Positions 1-13,085 of a stretch of DNA of 64,000 bases are shown here, piece by piece. Both the position numbers and the translations under genes were made by a program. Numbering within the stretch: position 1 is the stretch's first letter; each line of letters begins with the position of its first letter. This DNA comes from Chrysomallon squamiferum (taxonomy: Eukaryota; Animalia; Mollusca), in the NCBI GenBank assembly GCA_012295275.1, contig CM022670.1, forward strand, positions 28,334,001 to 28,398,000, in the 5' to 3' direction. Below the pieces are notes generated by a model. It was not told the DNA's origin. It worked only from the letters and a program-made list of their open reading frames with translations, and searched no databases.

Positions 1-663
1 TGAAAATATAAGAATGACTAAAACAGTTATAAAACAGATCTGACTTCATTTGTTATGTGATGAAAAATTCTGAAGTATTATTATCACTGTTTTTTTTTTT
101 CTCTTTTGTTTCTGAATATGGATCTCAGCTATGATAAGGCTAAAAACATTGTGATGTTAGAATAACTGATTACCGAATCAAGTAGGCTAAACTATCAATC
201 ACTAAGCTTGTCCAGATTAAACTATCACTAAGCTAAAATGCTGCAGTGTCAAAACAGCCAGTGATAGCATGGCTTTTTTAACAGAACCAACTCAGTCTGT
301 GGACTCAGCATAATAAACACTGCACTACTGAAAAAAAGACAAGATTACAAATGTTTCTCTGGTTTCTGTATGGATATTATTTACAGCCTGTTAAAAACTT
401 GTATAGGCTCTATTATGATGTGGGTAAAATGTAGCATAGTATCAGAATACATGGTTAATAGTTTTCTTCTGTCTCAGCTTGGATGTAAGAAGATAAAATA
501 TTGAGATGTCAGAATAATTGTAACTAGTTTAAAATATGGATTGTGCTAAACCATATAAGCATAAAGATTTTTCATTGTGTTCATGTGTGCCTTTTGTGTT
601 TAAAGTTGTATAAAAATGAAAAATAAATAAAGTTTTATTCTTAAAAAAACAAAAAAAAAAAAA

Positions 664-702
<39 letters not shown>

Positions 703-1919
703 CAACCAAATATGACAAAACCATCCATTTTCAAAAATATAATTACACTTTGGGCAAAGAACATATTTAAATTGTCATGTTTCAAACAAATTATCTGTGT
801 TTTTCCTTGTGTGTATATATATGAATTACATGATATATATGAATCAAAAGAATGTATTTAGGCACTTAAGCTTGCATTTTGAGTATAATAAGTAAGTTAT
901 ATATGGATAGCAGTATTTTCATTCTTTGTCAAATTTTGTATTTATCATTATTTTGTCAAATTGTTATTTCACAGTATGAATATTACATGAAATAAAAGTG
1001 TGTTGTTTTCACTGGAGAATGCTGATCAGTTTTGTGCCAGTTATAGATACTGCGTATTGAGTTAATATTAATTCTGTGACGGCAGCCTGTCACATCACTA
1101 ATATCTTTATTAAATTTGTGTCCAAAGTGGATTTAAAATATTCATTTTTTAATCCCAGCAGCCAGAGGAACGTGACTTGAGGGTTACCAGAGATCATTTT
1201 GTTAATTTTCACAAAGTTTTTTAAGAGAGCTGATCATTTATAAATTCAAACAAGATCGAATCTGTTTTGTTTTCTGTTACTGTGATCATTTGTAAGAGAG
1301 AGTTGTCCAGCAATATGTTAATAATTGATCATTTCAAAAAACCATCAAAGAACTATCTATATTTATGTAGTGTTGCAAGCTGTTTTTTGCTGTTAAACAA
1401 TGAAAAATAATTGCTGTTTCAATGTAAACTGTAAAGTGTGTGTAAACTGTAAAGTGTGAGCCTCAGTAGATTGTTGGATAATTCCTCTCACTACTCCTTT
1501 AAATGTGTTTTTCATTATACTTGTGTGTGTGATTTTGTCTGTTGGTGTGTGTGTGTGTGTGTGTGTGTGCATGTTTTTATAATCCTTTATAACCAACTTC
1601 CTGGGATAGGAACTATAATACTTTTAAAAGTATAACAATATTTCAATATCAATATATGCCTGCTGTTTCTTCTTATTTACACAACTGTTCAGCAGGCTGT
1701 GACGTTTGTTAAACTACATCGCACTTCGGACATGATCTGCATGTTGTAGATTTTATTCTCAGTGTGTCTGTGCATCAGTTAATCTGTCTTGCACAGACAG
1801 TGAGAATATCTATACTACACCATTCTCTGACTGTTGTTCAGTTTATCTCACTGTGTTGAAGTGCCATACAAAAAGTTTTTAAAAACAGAAAAAAATTTAG
1901 GTTTTAATATCATTGGCAG

Positions 1920-2400
1920 CATAGTATTATTTTCATGTGACATGACAGTATTATATTGTTAGGTATTGTAGTATTATATCAACTTAATACACTGTACTCA
2001 ATGATAATGATAGTATTAATTTGTTAGACATTTCACACTGTAATGTTGTATCACTGTATTGTTATACATTCACTGTGTAGAATTACATCCAAATGACATG
2101 TTACTACACTGTACTAAATGTATACATGATATGATAGTATTAATTTGTTAGACATTTCACACTGTAATGTTGTATCACTGTATTGTTATACTTTACTCTG
2201 TAGTATTGTGTCAGATCACAGGTTAGTACACTGTACCGTACACATGATATGACAGTATTGTATTTAATGTGTAGTGTTATTCTTAGGTCTCATGTTATAT
2301 CACTGTATTGTCTTACATTTACTGTGTAGAATTACATCCAAATGACATGTTTCTACATGGGATTACATGTATACATGGTATTATTTTCATATGACATGAT
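1920..2400. repeat. Degenerate tandem duplication, period about 124 bp
   Basis: ATGATAGTATTAATTTGTTAGACATTTCACACTGTAATGTTGTATCACTGTATTGTTATAC occurs at 2007 and 2131. ACTGTGTAGAATTACATCCAAATGACATGTT occurs at ~2072 and ~2321. Confidence 0.8.
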
Positions 2401-3339
2401 AAACAGTGTAACAGATGCTGATTAATTTTTATATTACATAATCTTTGTATGCCCTGTCTTTCTCTCTTTTTCTCCTTCACTTCCTATCTATTTCTCTTTC
2501 CCCATCTTTCTTTCTTTCTCCTTCTGTCCTCCTCATTTTTCTCCTGTTCTTGGTAATGTGGAATTTCTTGACATACGTTCATCACACTAACATTTGTTTC
2601 ACAAATGTTTCAAATTATCTGAGTCTGAGAAGTCTGTATCCCCACATGAGTTAATTAAAAGCAATGTTAAAAACAGATACATCTTTACATGAGTGCTACG
2701 TTCTTCCATGTGTGTTGATACCATGCATGCCATTAAGTAGGTACTTACACTTGCAAGGATCACATTTTCCATGTTCTTTTTATTCTTTCATTGCCATGGT
2801 GATTTGGAAGGTTGATTTTTTTAAAACAGGATATTAAGCATCAAGCTTTTTTCTCTTTTCTTTATCTTTTTCTTGATTAGCATATTTTTCATTTATCTTG
2901 AACATATCCATCATACACTGTCTTTATCATATTTCTTCATTATATCATCATCTTAATCACCTTCATTATTATCTTTTTCTTATTCATGGCAGTCATTTTC
3001 TTTAGCATCATCATTATCAACAACCTTTTCATTTTCATCATATTAACATCTTTTTTTCATCATCATGATTTATTTATTTATTTACCATGATCGCAAGAAT
3101 TCCACATTTCTATTCATGTGACTATTTGAAAGGAATAATTCTGAAGTGTTTAAATTAATTCTGTGCATGACTGCAAGCTTGAGGGCTCTGCATTTGTTGA
3201 TAATCTGTATTACCAGGATGACCCAGGTTAACAGTTTTAAGCTTAACAAAATCCCAAATTAATTGTGAATTTCAACAAAGTTCTGTTTTAATCCTCAGTT
3301 TTAATAAGGTTCACTATCCAATATCAGTGTCTACTGCAT

Positions 3340-3660
3340 GTTGCATTATTAGTATTTACTTTGTTATACAGTAATGGTCAGTGGTCTGATAATTAGTGTT
3401 TTACAGTAAGTGTCAGTGTCTACTAAGTACCACATTCTGTAATAAGTGTCACTGTCTAGTTACATTGTTAGTATTTACTTTGTTTTACAGTAAGTGTCAG
3501 TGTCTACTAAGTACCACATTCTGTAATAAGTGTCACTGTCTAGTTACATTGTTAGTATTTACTTTGTTTTACAGTAAGTGTCAGTGTCTACTAAGTACCA
3601 CATTCTGTAATAAGTGTCACTGTCTAGTTACATTGTTAGTATTTACTGTGTTATACAATA
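3340..3660. repeat. 87-bp tandem repeat, about 3 near-perfect copies with degenerate flanks (~3310-3860)
   Basis: The ORF at 3396 has a 29-aa periodicity (FYSKCQCLLSTTFCNKCHCLVTLLVFTL) that reflects the DNA repeat. Confidence 0.95.
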
Positions 3661-4774
3661 CTTGACAGTGTCTATTGAGTAGTTTTACAGAAAATGTCAG
3701 TGTGCTAAGGACTACATTCTACAATAAGTGTCAGTGTCTACTACATTTTACATAGTGAGTATTTACTCTTCTTCAATAATTGTTAATGTCTACCAAGTAC
3801 TATGTTCTACAACAACTCTACATTTCATAGTATTAGTACTTACTGTGTTCTACACTAGTTGTTCTGTAAGCAGTTATAAATAAATGTCATTAGTGTACAA
3901 CAAAATGAAATTAATTTTAATATATTATGGTGATGGAGAACTGTAACAAATTCTTGAGTTTGAGCAGTATTCTAAATTTGTTACTGAGTGTCTTACAACA
4001 ATTATAATTTTTCATTAATATGTTGAGCCACTTGAAAGCTTTGACAAAGCTTTGTGTTTCAACATTGTCCCTTGATCAATGGTGAATTTCAACAATTGCC
4101 TTTTGTGACTAACTGTGACTGTGACCCTGAGTTCAGGTCAGTTTCAGTGATGCCCTTTGAGAGAAGTGACATTTGTGACCTGGCAATACTAATTTAGAAT
4201 TATTCACAATTCACAATGTAAAACTACTTCCTGAGTGCAGTTGAAATATTGGTTTGGAAAATTAACCTAATCTATCTGTACATGAATTGGTTTTATGTGT
4301 GTGCATACATATGCAGGCATATACTTGTACATGAAAGAAAAAGAGAATACTGGTGGATGTTAAAAGAAATTTATATTTTCTGCAAATAAATGAGTGTATA
4401 CATGTGCATTTCTGAGAGAGAGAGTATCTGTATGTTTGTGAATAAATGAATGTGCATCTCTTAGGTTCTTTTTTGGTGTTAGTATATACATCTTTCAGCC
4501 TTTATGTTTTCATCTACATGTGTATGTGTTTCTGTGTAAATGTACATTTGAATATATAACTTTTGTAATCATTATTCTTTAAGTATTTATATTTATTTAT
4601 TGTCTGTATTTTTATGTTTGTTTATGCTGTTCCCAGACTGTGTGATCTCACATGGTTATCACATCGTATCTTGCCAAATACCTGTGCCATTCCCCACATA
4701 ACTCTTTCTCTGTAACCATTCTGCACCACCTCCTTGTCAAAGACATGCCTGATAATCTCACAAGACAAATGGCT

Positions 4775-5120
4775 GACATTTTTCTGAGCCAGTATATTTC
4801 TGGACAAAGACAAGACATTTTTCTAGACCACTATATTTTCTGAACAGACATCTTTTTATGCCAGTGTATTATTATTTTGACATAAACAAACAGTAGACAT
4901 GTATTGGTATAAATATAAGTAAAGAGATACATTTTCCTACATCCATATATTTTCTGTGCACAGAAAGACCAATTTTTTTTTATGCCTGGACAAAGACATT
5001 TTCCTAAACCACTACATTTTCTGGACACAGACAGACAAACGGCAGAGCCTCTAATATATCAGCATTTTCCTGTGCCAAGATAGATATTTTCCTATGCCAA
5101 TATATTTCTGGACAAAGACA
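4775..5120. repeat. Degenerate short-period tandem repeat (TTTCTGGACAAAGACATTTTCCT… motif)
   Basis: Recurrent GACATTTTC / TATATTTTCTG(G)ACA units. Confidence 0.7.
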
Positions 5121-5894
5121 TGATGAACACAACATTGTTACTGATTTTTACTGAGCATTCACATGAAATCTGTGCTCTTTACAAAATTACTGTTGCTTCA
5201 GAAACTGCTGTAGAGAGCATTTGATGTTAATTAGGGGAAAGCCAAGTCTCCCATAAATATTTTACAACTGTGTTTGAGGCCCCCCATCAGTCTGTGATGG
5301 AGTTATGTTAATAGCATCTGACATGTTTGGTTGCTACTGTCAACTGTTAAAAAGCATTACCCACACAGAATGTTTTACTTCTTTCTCCCTGGGGTGTTCC
5401 AAGTAGAACTTACAGAATTTCATTTTGGAATTATTCTTTTAATTTTTTAAAGAATTTATTGTAGAAGTGAAATTTTGATGGTTCCTGTTACTTAGAATAT
5501 AGGTTATAAGTTCATGTTTTCATTTTTTTTTTAAATCCTTAAATTCAGTAGATGTTTTAAATTTTTTTAACATTATTTGTTGTAATGTTTTTATTATTAT
5601 TATTATTATTATGTTTATCTTTGTCATTTAGATTTATGTTTTTTGTTTGTTTGTTTGTTTGTTTTGAAATAATTATCTATTAATTACATAAAATCTGGAG
5701 GATACATATGGGGGAAAACCTCCATTATCTCTCCCCCTCCAAAAAAAGAAAAAAACATAGAAAAAATGTCATTAGTAACGTGTCTGTTTATTAATTTTAT
5801 ATTCTATAAAACTTGTAGGCCTATATGAGATTAAATGGTTCAAGTGTGTGGACATGTAACCACATGCATACAGCTGTCTTGGTCCTGACAGGGA

Positions 5895-6490
5895 AAGGGA
5901 TTTACAAATGTGAAATAAATTTATAAATAGTTTGGAAGTCTCTTGAGGATACAGAATCTGTCACTAAGGGATTTACATGAAGTTTATGTTCTGTAAAATG
6001 TTTTAATGTTTTCAATTAAATGATTTAAGCACATCCCTCATGGGCACGTCTGATACTGCCTCTGCCTGTGACCAAAAGATAAGCATAAAGTTCATGTGTC
6101 AAGAAATTTATAAATGATTCAGACAGGTCTTCTGTGGGTCAGTAACTAAGGGATTTAAATGAAGTTTATGACTGTGAAATTTAAAATGAGTATCAATTAA
6201 ATTATTTAAGTATGCTTCTCACGAGTGTATTCTCTGTCACAGCTACCAAGTCCCTGACAGGATTTACTTGGTAACAATGTTCTGTAAAGTTTATATTCTA
6301 TGACATTTAAAATTTGTATCAATTAAATGGTTTAAGCAAGCCTCTCTTGGGCATATTATTGTCTGCCACTATCTGCATCTATGACAGGATTTACTTCCAA
6401 TGCTCTATAAAATTGTAAATGTGTATCAATTAAATGGTTTGAGCGAATCCCTTATGGGCCGCAGCCAGCTATGAGTGACAGATTTACACT
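5895..6490. repeat. Degenerate tandem repeat (…TCAATTAAATG[AG]TTTAAGC… and GGATTTAC motifs)
   Basis: The ATCAATTAAAT motif recurs at ~6012, 6192, 6318 and 6425 with similar neighbouring sequence. Confidence 0.6.
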
Positions 6491-7581
6491 AACTGCTTGT
6501 CAGAAGTTAATTAACATTTTCCTCTTTGTTTTCAGCCAGGTGTTCACAAAGCAGCATTAGTCTGAAATAAAGATGAATTTTAAAAACTCACCATGACCTA
6601 CAGCTAAAAGCTATTAATTTATCCAAGTCTAAAATATATATATCTAAAGGGCCACAAACACACATACACACACAAAAACATTTAAAAAAAAAAAAAATGA
6701 TTGTTTAAAATTAAATATTGTTTAAAAAAATAAAGTTATAAAAAAGAAGATTGTTTTAAAAATTGTTTTAAAAAACCCCACTAAAGAATGTTTAACAATA
6801 AAGACTATTTAAAATCCATTCTTATCAAATATTGCTGAAGAATATTAGATAAAATTTTAGATCAAATTTTAAATCATTATCAAGGCTTTGTTGCTGAATT
6901 CTTTTTTGAATTTTTTTTTCCATTTTCTTTATATCTGGTGATTGGTTGGGGGTTTGCATCTCCATGGAAAAGAGACCACATGGACAAAGCTTGAGTGTGT
7001 GTCACATTATTTATGCTAAATCAATTTCTGAGACTGAATAGGTCTCTGTGTCACTGTGAACTAGTCTTTGTTTCTCAGTCTTTCAAGTTGATTGTACTAA
7101 ACGTTTTCAATACTGGCTATTTTATATCAATTGTCCAACTTATTAACATGCATGAGAGCTCCTGCGTAGCTGCTATGTAGCTTGTTGTGTGCCCAGATGG
7201 TGTGTTTTGAGAAAATTATCAATATCTTTAGAATAAAGTTTCGTCACCCTACATTTTGTATTGATTGTTTAGTCAGTTTTTTCTTTTTTCTCTAAAGAAA
7301 ATATGTATTCTGCTGTTGACAAATATCTGTTTGGGGGGAAAAAAAATGTTTTAAAAATGTTGTGAACAGATTTATGTTTAGCAATAATCATGTTTCCGAA
7401 TCTTCATCCAGAAATGTTTGAAAAAAACAAACAAAAAAATACAAAAAACTAAATATATTGCCCAGTTTTCATTAAGTATTGGCTTATGCACATTTTTTGG
7501 ATTTAATGTAATGTTACTTTTTAAATAAATTTTAAAATTAAATTGATAAATAATACCCCACATAAAAGGTTCTGTGGGAAA

Positions 7582-7613
<32 letters not shown>

Positions 7614-10600
7614 CACACACACATAAACACACACATATATAAAATTAATTATAATAATAATGAGAAGACAAAAAAGAAAACAAATTCTTGATTTTGTTTG
7701 TCTCTTAAGTTTTGTTCAAGCTAAATATCAATATATTATGTAGAGTATATACCAAATTTTCAGTCTAATTTAATGTTGTTTTATAATATTTTAAAAACCT
7801 TTTTAATTTGTTTAAGAATTCTAAATAATAATTTTTACATTACTTTGTTTATTAATTTAATTTATTTTTTGATTTTTTATTGTTTAGTTTCAAAATTCAA
7901 AGAGAAATCTATGATCCATCTTTGTTAATTTCAAAAAAATACTAGCAATTTTATTGTTTTTCAAAATATCTAAAATACCATCCATCATGTTTCTCTCTCT
8001 TACTTCCCTCCATCTTTTCTGCCTCACCAACACTCTGACTTTGTTGTGTATTCTCCTCCATCCCATTGTTAGACATGTAAAGGTGTCTGCTTGCTGTTAG
8101 AAGTCTGTGTGGTGTTTTCAAACAAATGAGTCAGTGTTTACAAACAGTGTTTATTGTTTACAGTTTCAGTTAGTAACTAGCTGCCATTGGCAATCAAATT
8201 CCAACCAAGTCACACCTCACACTGCTGGGAACAAACATCTTAATGTCAAAACTGCAGCCATGCTGAAGTGCTCCACTGGCTCAGACTGACAGTGTTTACA
8301 GTGTTATGAGACTTTGACCAGATTCCATGGTATATGACCAGTAGTAACCATATCATGTCCTTAAATGTAATGTACAGTAAATGTGTGTTTAAGTGTGTCC
8401 TCATACCTCACATGAAAGACATGGTTGTACAATGTTCTGATGTAGAGCTGGTATAGCATGTTTATTGTTTCTCCTATTCCAGCCCAAATTTAATATTTTC
8501 ACTTTTCATTGGTTAATTGATTCTTTTTTTAAAAAACACAAAAAAAAGCAATTCATATGTGTGATTTTTGGTTTGCTTATCAATACCCCAAAACACGTAA
8601 TATATCCATATATTTGTATTATTTATTTATTTTTGTTATATGCGTTCTTTTATTGAGTGATTGGTTTTATTATTATTATTTTTTTATTATTGTTATTTGG
8701 ACAATGTGCAAATGCCTCTCTGTATTTAGGCTGACATTGTTTTTCTTTATAATGAACTTGTTTAATCTTGAAAACTTCCTGTTGATTACTTACTGTTTTA
8801 TCAAAGGCTGTGGTTTGTGTTTTCCTCTTTAAGGGTATATTCCTTTAAAAAAATTAATTTATATCCACCACAGTTACGGTACCCACACACCCTATTTCTT
8901 TTCATCCTATATCTGCCCATGTATGGTTTCTATTAGAGATGAATATTTTAAACAGACTTAGTGTTTTTCTCTCTTGTGAAACCATCATGGCATGATGTTC
9001 TTCAAGCTTGACTTGTTAGTGTTTTCTAAAACACTAAACGTTTGCCTGGTTTGCAATACATAGCTGGTCGTTATTTTCACATCAACTTATTACATTGCTA
9101 AACCAACTGTGAAATTTCCTTCTGCAACATTAGATGCACACAATACACTGATTGCGTTGCCCAGTTTAAAGTGTCAGTTGTGATAACTGATGGTTTTTGT
9201 CACAGCTTAGATTAATTCTTTAATACTGACTGACTGCAATGAAGATACTGCAATTTCTGTTTATTCATAAGTGAAAAATAATATGATTTGACTTTTTAAT
9301 TTAATTTAAACAGGCCAGAGCTGTATTATAATGACATTTAATGTACATTTGAAAAATTGCCACTTTTCTTCAATCACCGTTGAAATTTAATTGTTCCAGC
9401 ATGTATTTGAATAAATAAATGTTAATCTCTACATGTGTTTAATGTCTGTTGATGGGTTTAGAATTCAGTCAGTTATTTCTGGTCATTGCCGAGTGCCCTG
9501 ATAGAAGGCAATTTAATTATGTCTGGCATACAGATAAAGATTTCTCTTAATTATATCCCTTAGCAGGACTCTTTAAGCACATTTGATTCCTGGGAGGATA
9601 AAAATTATATATCAGTTTTTTGTTGTTTCTATAACACATATATGATAACATTTATTGAGTATTGTTCTCCAGCAGTGGTAATTATTGGTTCTAAATCTTC
9701 ATTAAGGCAGTTAATTTATTACTAAATGGATACATTATATCTGGCATTCTGTAATGTCATGCTTTATAATTGACCTCATTTTATGAAAGTGTAGAATGTT
9801 TTCCTAACTTTTAACTGGTTTCATTTATTAATAATACTTCTATATCAATGTCCAAAGGATTTGTATTTATTGTAAATTTCTATTAGTAGGTATTTTTTAT
9901 CTATCTAATTTTAAATTAATTTTCTTGAATTAACAAGTATATCCTTTGTCACTTGAATATAGGCACTGTAAAATTTGTTTAATCTAAAATAATAATATAA
10001 TAAATAAATAAATAAATAGTAATCACAATAAAATTGATATTAATAATGAAATAAAAAAAAAAAAAAAAAATACAGTTATTAAAAAAGATAATGCTAAGTA
10101 TACCCTGGTACTGAGATATGAATCACCACAAAGAACCTGTTGTCACTAATTTGAAAAACACTTTAAGAAAGGCCTGGTTGTTACTTGAGAATGGCAGGGA
10201 AATTAGAAAAGCAGTTGATTTGTGATGTGATAACTTAAAGGATCAGGTGGCTTGGTTTGATCTCAGGTTTGTGTGATTGGCATCGGAAGGTTTATTAACC
10301 CTTTATCTTTCATGTATGTCTATTCCCCTCCCCCTTCTTTGGCCAAGGAATGACTAATCTAGAAGAGATATTCAACAGTCAAAGTGTTAAGATGGCTGTA
10401 AATTGTAGACTTGTCTGAGGCAGCCAGTGAAGTGGCAAGCCTTTTTATCCCTGTCAGATGCTCCACTGGTTAATTCATTCTGTTGTGATTTTGGTAGATA
10501 AGGGGTTAAAATGGTAGTAAACTGCAGCTGGGGCATTAGGCATGTCTGGATGAGTGAAGGTGCTGGCCGTTATTTGGCATGACTCACAAACATGCCACTC

Positions 10601-11850
10601 CATAAAGCTTCTATGGTCATTATATAAAGGATGTGCTGCCAAAGCCAACAGGTCTCTTCAGTCCATGACCCAGAGGTCAGGGTGTAACATGCTTGCTCAT
10701 TCACCAGTTTCCTTGACAACTACATGAAAAACCATTATGAGATCACTGTGGTCATCAATTTTCATTTTCTTGCAATTTCATGGAGTAGTGTAGGCTTCAG
10801 TGACTCTTAATTTTTAAGGGAGAAGAAATCTTGTTTGAGTAATACCACCATAACTTTTGGAAAAATAACTTTCATGGAAAAAAAAGAAAGAAGAAGAAGA
10901 AAGAAAAGAATCCAGATTTTAATAAAAAGAGTGAAAAAAAAAAATGTGACAGCAGAAAACAAAGAGAAAATGATAAAAAATAAATTGATATTTTGATGAG
11001 AGAATATTTTTGCATGTGTAAATGTCAAAGTTGTATTCTGTAATTGTTTCATACATTACTTTCTTGGGTCTTTTTCCCTTCTCTCTCATTTCATCTGTCT
11101 CTCTAAACTCTTCACATGGTTTGATTGAAGATATTTTTTGTAAAGCAAAATTCAGAGGTTATAAATAAATAAATATAGAGACTAATATTCTCTGGTATTT
11201 AAAAATCACTACAAAACTAAAAAGAAGCCAGCTCATGAAAATCACAATATAAAGACAATCAAAATAAAATGCTTCTTTTTCTAAAAAAAAAATGGTCAAA
11301 ATAAAATACTTCTTCCTCCCAGCTACAGAAAACTTTAATGGTTTATAAAACTTCAGTAACAAACTTTAGATTTAAGCACAGAGGTGTCTGATTTTCTTTT
11401 AATGTAATTTAGAATCGGGTTTAATAATAGTAAGAAAAAATAAAGATAAAAAGGGGGTTGGTTTTCACTTAAAGTGATACAGTCAGCTAAATTTTAGATA
11501 CATCAGGATGCCTGAAAACTCTTTAAAATGTGCTCCACAGATTACTGTCTTTGTGTAGAAACCATCTGTCTTGAGATACACCTTCCCTACTTTATTCTTT
11601 TTTCCTTTCAGACTAGTTATACTGGGGTCTGCTAATTAAATAAAGATTACCTGGTATTAAGAAGTCAAATGTCTGTTGCATGCAACACTTTTGCCCAGTA
11701 CACACTGAATTTAGTGGGTCTGTCGAAGCATTTTCATTCCAGGAACTCACTGTTATTTAGTTGTGCTAAGGTGGTATTTTATGTCGTTACTTGTTCAATA
11801 GATAATGTAGTGTAATAACTAACTCTGTACACAATGTAATTATGAAATCA

Positions 11851-11851
<1 letters not shown>

Positions 11852-11900
<49 letters not shown>

Positions 11901-11910
11901 TCACACACAC
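11852..11910. repeat. (CA)n microsatellite
   Basis: Directly visible. Confidence 0.98.
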
Positions 11911-12944
11911 ATTTAGATATACACAGTAATCATCAAAGAAAAAAAAATCGTATTGATTGCATGGAATTGATTTCTTCAACTGTGTAATGTGTTTGAATAG
12001 GCCAGCGTGTTTGTCACATCAGAATACTCATCAGACAAGTCTTTTACACAATATCAGACTTCATTTTACACTGCACCAAGCTTAATGGCTGAGTTGCAGT
12101 GTTTAGTGTTGACAAGCAATGAAGTGTTTTGCATTCACTCACATGAAAACAGCTTAATGGATTCACTAATACTTCGTGGACAAAGTTGATGATACTGAGA
12201 ACAAGAAGAGAAAATGTCTCATTTGTTAGTAGTGCTTTTTAATAGAAGAAAGCTAGGCTTTGATGTGAGCCATAGCTCTGAGACATTATAGTTTATCTTC
12301 AGTCTACTCAATCAGTTATTTCCCATTCCAGCTAGAGTAAAGATTTTGTATGCACTTTCTTGTGTACTTGACAATGCATTGTGATTGATCCTTTCTGTAT
12401 TTTTAGACCAGCTTGGTTTGAAGGGATAGAGGAGATCCTAGTTTCAGCGTTTGTCAGAGAAAAGTTTTTTCGGCTGTGTCAGTCTTCAACACTCAATTCA
12501 AAAGCCTCTTGTGAAAAGAAAAGACTGATGCCAGTAGGTTAGAGTTTATTAGATTAATAACTAGTGAGAAAAAAAAGTGGACTGAAGGAGGAAAAATCAC
12601 TGTTAGGGTATTATACCTTTCCAATTACTCTGGGAATAGGCTGATACAGAATGTAACCCAGTCAGATTTCAGAATGATAGTTTACTGTAGCATCACTTGG
12701 GCATATTAATGTCTTTTATCACTTTTCATTTTCTTTATTTTTAAGCATCTCTTTCAACAGCAGTGAAACATGTCCATCTTAGGTACACATTTCAGAAGCC
12801 TGGTTTGTTTGCTCACTTCTACATTACATCAATTTTTTTTTTTAGTGCTTTAGTAAAAATGTTTGCTGTGTATTTAATTAAATAAAGCTGAAAGTCCAGA
12901 ACTGAAAAGATTTGTTTTCCTAATTGAGTTTGTCAGTTGGTCAT

Positions 12945-13085
12945 GCAGTGAATTTGTGAGTAAACAGGTTGTCTTACAGTGGGTTTATGAGTTATCACTT
13001 TGTCTATAGTGAATATGAGTTTGTGAGTAATCAGTTTGTCTGCAATGAATATGAGTTTGTGAGTAATACATTTGTGTAGAGTAAA
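12945..13085. repeat. Short degenerate minisatellite (GTGAATATGAGTTTGTGAGTAATCAGTTTGTCT), about 4 units
   Basis: TTTGTGAGTAA recurs at ~12954, 13020 and 13056. Confidence 0.65.

Noticed and set aside
3396-3665. Cys-rich repetitive 89-aa ORF resembling a metallothionein or zinc finger
   Set aside because: It is the translation of an 87-bp tandem repeat, has no ATG start and shows no splice context.
12407-12533. Possible distal 5' UTR exon (TTTTAG…CCA|GTAGGT); another acceptor-like site near 6534
   Set aside because: Splice-like motifs are common by chance in AT-rich DNA, and there is no independent support.
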